Positions 1 to 8,916 of a DNA stretch of 18,662 nucleotides are shown here, one piece after another. The stretch lies in contig CAWFJJ010000027.1 of the NCBI GenBank assembly GCA_963816185.1, positions 1 through 18,662 of the forward strand, read 5' to 3'. The translations under genes were made by a program, and so were the position numbers. The DNA is from Thermoanaerobaculia bacterium. GTDB taxonomy: Bacteria; Acidobacteriota; Thermoanaerobaculia; UBA5066. Positions within the stretch are counted from its first letter, which is position 1, and each line of letters opens with the position of its first letter. The notes under the pieces were generated by a model, which had not been told where the DNA came from, made no database searches, and saw nothing but the letters and a program-made list of their open reading frames with translations.

Positions 1-9
1 TGCCACCAC
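1..9 (-). CDS. Probable 5' end of a divergently transcribed gene leaving the left edge
   Basis: Minus strand reads GGAGG (20-16), a 6-nt spacer, then GTG GTG GCA to the edge. A TACACT -10-like hexamer lies at 32-27. Only 3 codons are visible. Confidence 0.35.
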
Positions 10-117
10 GTCTCTCCTCCGCGCCGAGTGTATACACAGGTCCAGTGAGGCTCCCTCACCTCACCACGTGCCGTTAGTTATCGAGCTGCAGGACCATTTC
101 AATACAGGACTCTTGCG

Positions 118-3100
118 ATGCGGCTCTTAGCGCCTCTTTGTGCCGGGGTATTCGTGCTCGGCGCCCTGGAATCCGAGGCAGGTCTGCGCTTCGAGCAACT
201 ACCCGGGCCCAACGGAGCCGATACGAACGCTCTCGCCGCCGACGGCTCCACGCTTTGGGCCGGGACGCTCCGCGGGGTCTGGAGGCTGTCGGCCGGCGCC
301 TGGAGTTTCGACGGGCTGTCCGACAAGACGGTCGTTTCTGTCGCAGTTGCGCAGGGTTTCGTCTGGGCCGCTGCCGGCGATGGGCTATGGCGGCGCGACA
401 CCGATGGGACGTGGAACCTCGAAACTCTTCCCAGTAACCCGTCCATCGTGAGGGCCGTTTTTTCCTACGGGACGACGCTCTGGGCCGGCGGCGTCGGCGT
501 ATATCGTCGTTCGAGCGGGACGTGGACGGCTCTGGCGTCTCCCGGCGGCATCGTGACCGCGGCGACGGTCTTCAACGGGGATCTCGTGGTCGGCCGCCAG
601 GACAACGCCGCCGCGCGTTACAGCGGATCGACGGTCGTCCCGATGACCGCCGGAATGGGCGTGAACGAGAGCGCGAACGCGCTCGCCGTGGTCGGCGGAA
701 CGCTCTGGGCAGGAACGTCGCGGGGCCTCTACTCGTGGGACGGAGCGAGCTGGGTGTACCAGACGGGGCTCGGGCTCCACGACGTGCGAGCCATCGCGAG
801 CGCGGGCGGCACGCTTCGCGTCGCGACGGTCGACGCCGGAGTCCTCCGTCAGAGCGGCGCAGCCTGGGCCGCCGACAACGCGGGAATCCTCTTCCCCTCG
901 GGGAAGACCTTCGCGACGCTCGGAACGGATCTCTACCTCGGAACCGCCGGTTCTCCCGTCTATCACCTGACCGGCACGACATGGATCGAGGCGGGGACGG
1001 GGCTGAACGCGGCGATCGCGTCAGACTTCTTCAGTTTCTATTATCTCGTACCACACGCTTTCTTTGTGTTTTACGCGTTTCGCGGCGCAGGCTTCTGGGG
1101 TGGCGAGCACTTCGCGCTCACTGGCTGCGGAAACGTCTACGCGGCGAGTTTCGGTCTCATCGCCACGAACTGCGGACCATTCTCCTGGTCGCTCTTCCCC
1201 CCCGCTGAACTGACTGCCGAGGGCAAGGGTCTGCCCGCCGGGGCAGTTATTACGACGTTAGCTGGAGGTTTAGGCGGAACCCTCAACGCGGGCGTTTTTG
1301 GCCTTACGACCAACGGATGGATCCCCGAGCAGGGACTTCCGGCGAATGCTCCGGTTCACAGTCTCCGGTCGATCGGCGAGTCGCAATTCGCTGCGGTCGG
1401 CACGCAGGTCTTCATAAGGCAGAATAATGGAAATTGGGTGAACGTCAGCTCCGGGCTCGACCGTGCCGCGACCGTTCAGGCCTTTGGCGGCGGCTGGAGC
1501 GGTTCCACGTTTGCAGGGCTTGTCGACGGGGGCGTGTTTCGGCGCGACGGAACGTCGCCGTGGCGGGTGGACAGCGCTGGCATCAACGGCGCTTCCGTCT
1601 ACTCGCTAGACACGGTGGTGCCCACTTTCCCTTTTAATTTGTTCCTGCCGCTTCAACCTGCTCGGCTTTTCGCAGCCGCCGGGCGGAAGGGGGTCCAGAG
1701 AAAATACGCCGGAGGGTGGCTCGCGGAGTCGTCGGGACTGCCGCCCGGCGTCGATGCGCGCGTCGTGCGAGCACCGTATTCCGGCTATGAGCCGTCGAGC
1801 GTGGACCACGTATTCCTAGGTACTGCTGGTCACGGTAATTTCTGGGCGCCGGTCCTGGCCTCTACGAAAGTCCTTCCTGTCGTCCTCGATGTCGTCGGCG
1901 GAACCGGGGCGCGATTCCGGACCGAAGTCACGATCGGCAACCGCCTTCCGAGTCCGTATTCCCAGGATGTCGCCATCACGTTTATGCCCGCGCCGGGCTT
2001 TGTAGGGCCAGGCACTCCACCGAAGGCGATCACGAAAACGATTCCTGCGGGAACCGAGATGCGCGTCTCCGACGCCGTCGAATTTCTTCGTTCGGCAGGG
2101 GTCCCGATCCCGCCCTCCAGCTCGGGGCCGATTGCGGGAACGCTCTCCCTATTGAGATATCTGGGTCCATCCCCCGATAATGAATCTCTCTACGCCGTCG
2201 CTCGGACGTACACGAGCGACGCGAGCGGAACGTACGGCGTCGCGTATGACGCACCGTCGGACCTCGACGCTGCCGAGGAGGAAGCGTCGGTCTACGGCCT
2301 GCGCAGCGTCTCGGGCGTTTCGCGGTCGAACCTTGCCGTGGCTCACCTCGCGGGCAGGACGACGGACCCCATCACGCTGTCGGCCCAGGTCTATTCCGCG
2401 GACGGTACGCCGGCCGGTGCGCCTCTCACGAAGAGCCTCGCCCCCGGCGACTGGTACCAGTGGAACGGAATTCTCGGCCTCGCGGGGCTCCCGGACGGCG
2501 CGTTCGGCTACGTCCGCATCACGCGCCTTTCCGGCATCGGGCCGTGGACCGCGTACGGCGTCGTCAACGACTCCATTACATCCGACGCTTCCTTCCTGCC
2601 TCCCTTTCGGCCGGGCGGCCTTGCGGCCGCGCGCAAACTCGTGGTCCCCGTCGTCCTCGACGTCTACGGCCTGGCGGGCTCGCACTACACGACCGAGCTG
2701 ACACTCGTGAACGACTCCACGTTCTCGACTCCCGTGGACCTCGTCTACCAGCCCGCGCCGAACTTCGGTTCGGCTACAGGAGCCCCCGTCGTCACGGTGG
2801 CACTCGCGGCCGGCGAGCAGACTACGCTCCCGGACGTCATCCAGTACCTGCGCACGAACGGCGTCAACATCCCCGATCCGGCCGTCGCCGGGCCACAGGC
2901 GGGAACGCTTTCGGTGACATTCCGGAACCTCACGAGCCTCGCCGCCCCGCGCACCGTCGCGCTCGCCCGCACCTCTACGCCGAACCCCGACACGACCCGC
3001 GGGGGCAGCTACGGCCTCTCCTATTCCGCCGCGGCGAAAGGCGGCGGCGCGCGGTCGTCGGCCGTGGTCCCGGCTCTGACGCAGGGTTCCTCCACGCGCT

Positions 3101-3405
3101 CCAACCTCGCGGTCGTCCATCTCGGCGGCGGGTCGGAATCCGCCCTTACGCTTTCGGTCCAGCTTTATGACGCGACGACGGGGGCCACGGCAGGCAGCCC
3201 GCTCTCGATCACGCTTCAGCCGGGCGACTGGTTCCAGTGGTCGCGCATCCTCGACCAGGCGGGCGCGGCGCCGGCCACCACGAAGGCCATCGCCGTCATC
3301 ACGCGCGTCTCCGGCGACGACACCTGGCTCGCCTACGGCGTCCTAAACGACGCGATCAGCTCCGACGGGAGCTTCATCGGGATGATCCCGGCGGAGGAGT
3401 TCTGA
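118..3405 (+). CDS. Large secreted/surface protein (1095 aa): signal peptide, N-terminal beta-propeller blades and two tandem C-terminal beta-sandwich-type repeat domains
   Basis: Hydrophobic N-terminus MRLLAPLCAGVFVLGALESEA. Repeated blades of the form LWAGT.RG++R...W.....GL. The C-terminal domain occurs twice (PVVLDV.G..G..+.TE+T+.N ... G+YG ... RSNLAV.HL ... PGDW+QW ... W.AYGV+ND...SD.SF). GC-rich third positions over most of the ORF. Confidence 0.9.
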   Translation: MRLLAPLCAGVFVLGALESEAGLRFEQLPGPNGADTNALAADGSTLWAGTLRGVWRLSAGAWSFDGLSDKTVVSVAVAQGFVWAAAGDGLWRRDTDGTWNLETLPSNPSIVRAVFSYGTTLWAGGVGVYRRSSGTWTALASPGGIVTAATVFNGDLVVGRQDNAAARYSGSTVVPMTAGMGVNESANALAVVGGTLWAGTSRGLYSWDGASWVYQTGLGLHDVRAIASAGGTLRVATVDAGVLRQSGAAWAADNAGILFPSGKTFATLGTDLYLGTAGSPVYHLTGTTWIEAGTGLNAAIASDFFSFYYLVPHAFFVFYAFRGAGFWGGEHFALTGCGNVYAASFGLIATNCGPFSWSLFPPAELTAEGKGLPAGAVITTLAGGLGGTLNAGVFGLTTNGWIPEQGLPANAPVHSLRSIGESQFAAVGTQVFIRQNNGNWVNVSSGLDRAATVQAFGGGWSGSTFAGLVDGGVFRRDGTSPWRVDSAGINGASVYSLDTVVPTFPFNLFLPLQPARLFAAAGRKGVQRKYAGGWLAESSGLPPGVDARVVRAPYSGYEPSSVDHVFLGTAGHGNFWAPVLASTKVLPVVLDVVGGTGARFRTEVTIGNRLPSPYSQDVAITFMPAPGFVGPGTPPKAITKTIPAGTEMRVSDAVEFLRSAGVPIPPSSSGPIAGTLSLLRYLGPSPDNESLYAVARTYTSDASGTYGVAYDAPSDLDAAEEEASVYGLRSVSGVSRSNLAVAHLAGRTTDPITLSAQVYSADGTPAGAPLTKSLAPGDWYQWNGILGLAGLPDGAFGYVRITRLSGIGPWTAYGVVNDSITSDASFLPPFRPGGLAAARKLVVPVVLDVYGLAGSHYTTELTLVNDSTFSTPVDLVYQPAPNFGSATGAPVVTVALAAGEQTTLPDVIQYLRTNGVNIPDPAVAGPQAGTLSVTFRNLTSLAAPRTVALARTSTPNPDTTRGGSYGLSYSAAAKGGGARSSAVVPALTQGSSTRSNLAVVHLGGGSESALTLSVQLYDATTGATAGSPLSITLQPGDWFQWSRILDQAGAAPATTKAIAVITRVSGDDTWLAYGVLNDAISSDGSFIGMIPAEEF
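1867..3402 (+). repeat. Internal tandem domain duplication (about 1867-2601 and 2635-3402)
   Basis: Motifs occur twice in the same order, e.g. cccggcgactggtaccagtgg (2443-2463) vs ccgggcgactggttccagtgg (3220-3240), and AYGVVNDSITSDASF vs AYGVLNDAISSDGSF. Confidence 0.85.
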
Positions 3406-3412
3406 CCCTCCC

Positions 3413-3490
3413 ATGCGGTACGGCGTCGTGAACGACGCGAAGACGTCCGACGGCAGCTTCATCCGGATGATCCGGCTCGACGCGGAGTAA
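3413..3490 (+). pseudogene. Orphan duplicate of the C-terminal tip of the upstream gene (mini-ORF MRYGVVNDAKTSDGSFIRMIRLDAE*)
   Basis: 3419-3490 aligns without gaps to 3334-3405. Both span 24 codons from TAC to the stop. Manual count: 48/57 identical over the first 19 codons, 54/72 overall. Confidence 0.8.
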
Positions 3491-3514
3491 GCCGCCGGCA
3501 CGTTCGAACCGCTC

Positions 3515-3523
3515 TGCTATCGT
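3515..3523 (+). promoter_or_regulatory. Putative extended -10 promoter element (TGcTATCGT) for the 3574 gene
   Basis: TGn-TAnnnT pattern in the intergenic gap, upstream of a GGAGG Shine-Dalgarno at 3548-3552. Confidence 0.35.
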
Positions 3524-3573
3524 CTCGCCCCGGCGAGGCGATCGCCGGGAGGTCCCACCTGTCCACTCCGCTC

Positions 3574-4197
3574 ATGTTCCTGGTCGCGATTGTCATGGTG
3601 TGGTTTGCGGCCGGGAGCATCTGGAACGTGCGGAAGGGGAAGGCCACGCTCCGCTGGATGCAGGGAGGCCTTCATCTCCTCTGTGAAAGGACGACGGTCC
3701 GCTGGCTCGGGACGACGGCGGTCGAGCTCTCCCTGGTGAAACCTAAAGCCCCGTTCGAGGGGGTAACGCTCGTGATCTTCCTCGAGCCGCGGGACGTCCC
3801 GTGGCTCTGGGGGCTCTCGAGGAGCCGGGGGCGCCGCGACGCGCTCATCGTCCGCGGGAAGCTCCGCCGCGCGCCGCACGGCGATCTGGAGGCGCTCGAC
3901 CGCTCGAGCTTCGCGGGCCGCGACGCGCTGCGCCACATGGCGAACGAGCGCTGGTCGGTCCGCGAGGCCGCGGCCGAAGGCATGCGGCCGATCTACTACA
4001 AGGTGGAAGGCACTCTTCCTCTTGCCGACGATCTCCTCGAGCTGGCCCGCGCCGGAGGCTTGACGGTCCGGCGCCTCTCCGTACGCCGGGCCGAGCCCCA
4101 CTTGCAGCTCCACATCGACCTGCCCGCCGAGTCCGCTCCCGCCGCGGACGTGTTCGCGGCGGTGCGGATGATCGGCGATCGCGCGCTCAGGACCTAG
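3574..4197 (+). CDS. Hypothetical single-pass membrane protein (about 207-212 aa), possibly CCDC47/DUF1682-like
   Basis: N-terminal hydrophobic helix MFLVAIVMVWFAAG followed by a soluble domain, with typical GC-rich codon use. The true start may be the in-frame CTG at 3559. Its stop overlaps the cstA stop (CTAG, 4194-4197). Confidence 0.8.
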   Translation: MFLVAIVMVWFAAGSIWNVRKGKATLRWMQGGLHLLCERTTVRWLGTTAVELSLVKPKAPFEGVTLVIFLEPRDVPWLWGLSRSRGRRDALIVRGKLRRAPHGDLEALDRSSFAGRDALRHMANERWSVREAAAEGMRPIYYKVEGTLPLADDLLELARAGGLTVRRLSVRRAEPHLQLHIDLPAESAPAADVFAAVRMIGDRALRT

Positions 4198-6113
4198 GCG
4201 ATCACGGGGGCCGGCTTCACGGCCGCCGGCGTCGCGCTGTACTTCCGGTAGGCCTTCAGGCCGTCCCACCCGATGAAGAGGGCCGCGATGATCAGAAGGG
4301 CCGCGAGGACGATCATCGCCCACGCGCCTGCGACCGGCAGCCCGCTCATCGCCGGGTTCGCTGCGATCGTCACATAGAGGTTGCGGGCCGTGACGGCCGT
4401 GGCGAAGAGCGTCGTGACGTACATGAAGAGCATCGGGTAGAGGGCGTAGCTCGGGTTCCTCTTTTCCGACTTGAGCCAGACGGTCACGACGAGGAGGCTC
4501 AGCGCGGCCATGAGCTGGTTCGACGCGCCGAACATCTGCCACAGGTAGACCCACGTGCCCGTCATGACGAGCGCGAGCGTCAGCAGCATGGAGATGATGC
4601 TCGAGACGTGCATGTTGCGCACGAGCGGAATCGCCTCGCCCGCCCACTCGGTGAGCGTGACGCGCATGACGCGGAAGACGAGCTGCGTCACCGTCAGGAC
4701 GATGACGACGAAGGCGCCGAACCCGAGCGCCGTGCCGAAGACCTCGGGGATCGCCTTGAACGTGCCGGCGTAAATGAGCTTGCCGACGCCCGCCGCGAAC
4801 CTTCCGCCGCCGCCCCCGACGCCCGCGATCGAAACGGCCACGAGCGAGAGGAGGGCGAGCGTGTACTCGCCGAACATCGAGCCGCCGCCGACCGGGAGGC
4901 CGTCGGTCTCGTACTCGAGCTGGCGCGCCGTCCCGACCGAGCCGACGAGCGCGTGCCAGCCGGAGATCGCGCCGCAGGCGATCGTCACGAAAAGCATCGG
5001 CCAGAGCGGCTGCCACGCCGTGAACGGCTTGACCGGGGCCGTGAAGCCGAGGTCCTTCACGGCCGTCAGCGCGAACGCGCCGATGGCCTTGCCGCCGGCG
5101 TCCAGAACGCCCGTCAAAGGTGCGACGAGGGCTCCGATCGCCGAGAGGACGATCGTGATGAGCATGACCCAGAAGCCGATGTAGTTGACGGGCTGGGCGA
5201 ACCGCCAGATGGGCATGTTCGCGCCGCAATAGGAGAAGGCGAAGAGGAAGACCATCCACAGGAGGTAGTTCGGAAGCGTCCGAATCTGCTGCGTGGCCGC
5301 GTCGTAGGCTGGGGTCGTCGGGCGCTTGCCGTCGGGCCCCGGAACCGGGATGCGCGGGTCGGCGTAGGTGGGATCCTGAAGGGAGAGGATCGGCTGCTTG
5401 GCGTTGAGGTTGTCGACGGATGCGTTCAGCGAGACGACCGCCGCGCCGACCGGCCCCTGGACGAGAGCTCCCTTCGCGTTCTTCGTCTGGCCCCACGGGC
5501 CGAGCGCCATGGCCCCGAGCGTCACGGCCACGACGATCACCGTCACGAGGATCAGGTTCATCTTCCAGCGGTACATCATCTGGCCCGCCAGAAGACCCAT
5601 GAGCGCCAGCATGATGATGCCGAACGGCACGTCGGGGCGCGCGGAGAGGATCGCCGCGAGGATTCCGACGAACGCGCCGGCGAGGAGCATCAGGTAGAAG
5701 AAGATGAAGATGAAGAGGATCGTCCGGGTGCGCGGCGCGATGAGCTTGTGCGAGATCGCGCTCAGGCTGTTCCCGTCGTTCCTCACCGAGACCATGATCG
5801 CGGAGTAGTCGCTGACCCATCCGATGAAGCTCACCCCGATGACGAGCCACAGCAGGGACGGGAACCAGCCCCAGATGTTCGCGGCCGTGATGGGGCCGAC
5901 GATCGGGCCCGCGGCGGCGATCGACTTGAAGTGGTACCCGTACAGGACGTTCTTCGACGTGGGCATGAAGTCCACGCCGTCCATGTACATCGTGGCCGGC
6001 GTCGCTTTCTTCGCGTCGGACCTGATGACGTCCCGGTCGATCCGTCGCGCGTAGAAGTTGTAGGCCAGGTAGATGACGACCGTCGCGATCACGACGATCC
6101 ACAGCGTGTTCAT
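4194..6113 (-). CDS. cstA: Carbon starvation protein A family transporter (peptide/pyruvate uptake), 639 aa
   Basis: Motifs TPA...DGVDFMPT, GYHFKSIAAAGPIVGPI, PMLFVTIACGAISGWHALV and W.MFGASNQLMAALSL, with many TM helices. Start at ATG 6113 with AGGAG (6125-6121) upstream. Confidence 0.93.
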   Translation of the reverse strand: MNTLWIVVIATVVIYLAYNFYARRIDRDVIRSDAKKATPATMYMDGVDFMPTSKNVLYGYHFKSIAAAGPIVGPITAANIWGWFPSLLWLVIGVSFIGWVSDYSAIMVSVRNDGNSLSAISHKLIAPRTRTILFIFIFFYLMLLAGAFVGILAAILSARPDVPFGIIMLALMGLLAGQMMYRWKMNLILVTVIVVAVTLGAMALGPWGQTKNAKGALVQGPVGAAVVSLNASVDNLNAKQPILSLQDPTYADPRIPVPGPDGKRPTTPAYDAATQQIRTLPNYLLWMVFLFAFSYCGANMPIWRFAQPVNYIGFWVMLITIVLSAIGALVAPLTGVLDAGGKAIGAFALTAVKDLGFTAPVKPFTAWQPLWPMLFVTIACGAISGWHALVGSVGTARQLEYETDGLPVGGGSMFGEYTLALLSLVAVSIAGVGGGGGRFAAGVGKLIYAGTFKAIPEVFGTALGFGAFVVIVLTVTQLVFRVMRVTLTEWAGEAIPLVRNMHVSSIISMLLTLALVMTGTWVYLWQMFGASNQLMAALSLLVVTVWLKSEKRNPSYALYPMLFMYVTTLFATAVTARNLYVTIAANPAMSGLPVAGAWAMIVLAALLIIAALFIGWDGLKAYRKYSATPAAVKPAPVIA

Positions 6114-6195
6114 CGGTGGGCTCCTTTCACGGGCGTGTCCCGTTGGCGCGCAGAGGTACCCCTTCAGCATAGGTCGGAGCGCAGCCTCCGCCGTC

Positions 6196-6237
6196 GATGC
6201 AAATGCATCATCGGCCGGGAGCGAGAAGAAATTTCTT
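6196..6237. promoter_or_regulatory. Two palindromic candidate operator sites upstream of cstA
   Basis: GATGCA-AA-TGCATC (6196-6209) and the perfect 12-mer AAGAAATTTCTT (6226-6237). A TATGCT -10-like hexamer lies on the minus strand at 6171-6166. Confidence 0.4.
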
Positions 6238-6341
6238 AGAAGAGGTAGGACGAGCTCGGGCGCCGTCGGAGCAACGGCCGGCGGCCCAGCCCTATTACCA
6301 TTCGCAGAGATTCTTCAGGGCCACCGTCGCGCGCGTGACGC

Positions 6342-8263
<1,922 letters not shown>

Positions 8264-8267
<4 letters not shown>

Positions 8268-8878
8268 CTTGTGCCCTCGCCTCTCATACGCCGAATGCCG
8301 TGACGCGGTTCATCGGCACGGGCGCGGCGGTCCGCGGTGGACTCGAACGGCGCCTCCCCTTCGGTTCTGACCTGAGCGATGAACGGAAAGTTCCCGCCCT
8401 CGCCCAGGTATTCCATGCCATAGCCCACGAGGACGCCTTCCTCCGCCGGGAACAGGACGTAATCCGCGCGGAGCGCGCTTTTCCTCTCCTGAGGATGATC
8501 CACCACGCAGGCGAAACGGATGGAACGGGGCTTTTCTTCCCGCAGCTGATTCAGCAGCCACGTCTCGACGACCCCGCTCCGGATCACGTCCTTGAGCACG
8601 ATGAGGTGGGTATCCGCAACGTCGAAAGGCGCGAGGAAGTGATAGTTGACGACCTTTTCGCTGTCGCCGTCGCGGAGCACGTCGATGTACTCGCAGTGAA
8701 CGGGCCGTGGCACGGCGCGGGCGAGGTCGGCGACGAAGAACCCCGCGCCCTTCAGGATCGCGATGAGGACGATGTCGCCCTCGGGATAGTCGTGACCGAT
8801 CCTCCCGCCGACGTCCACGACGCGTCGGGCGATGTCCTGCGGGCCGTACAGTTCGTCGGTGACAAGTGCCACAGACAT
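8264..8878 (-). CDS. hpt: Hypoxanthine phosphoribosyltransferase-like protein with a degenerate active site, 204 aa
   Basis: Retains ILKGA.FF+ADL.R and LVGYG+.Y....N.P+I and sits in the tilS/ftsH context. The PRPP motif reads KDVIRSGVV instead of EDIIDSG.T. Confidence 0.85.
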
Positions 8879-8881
8879 GTA

Positions 8882-8890
8882 AGTCTAGCA
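8882..8890 (-). promoter_or_regulatory. Putative extended -10 element (TGcTAGACT) directly upstream of the hpt-like gene
   Basis: Minus strand reads TGCTAGACTtacATG, with no clear SD adjacent to the start. Confidence 0.4.
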
Positions 8891-8916
8891 GGGGAGGCCG
8901 ATGCGAAAGGGGAGGC

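Noticed and set aside
28-64. Short palindrome GTGTATACAC (28-37) and inverted repeat GTGAGG/CCTCAC (45-59) as a mobile-element end
   Set aside because: They are too short and have no partner end or transposase. They are more simply explained as promoter-region sequence or chance.
3334-3490. Diversity-generating retroelement VR/TR pair
   Set aside because: Mismatches between the two copies are not concentrated at adenines of either copy (many are G/C swaps), and no reverse transcriptase gene is in the window.
3517-6239. Long ORFs 3517..6102 (-) and 3801..6239 (+)
   Set aside because: They are Arg/Gly/Pro-rich off-frame and antisense shadows of cstA, expected in high-GC DNA, with no recognizable motifs.
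6114-6341. Riboswitch or ncRNA in the ftsH-cstA intergenic region
   Set aside because: I could not recognize any known aptamer consensus or extended structure by eye. An Rfam covariance search would be needed.
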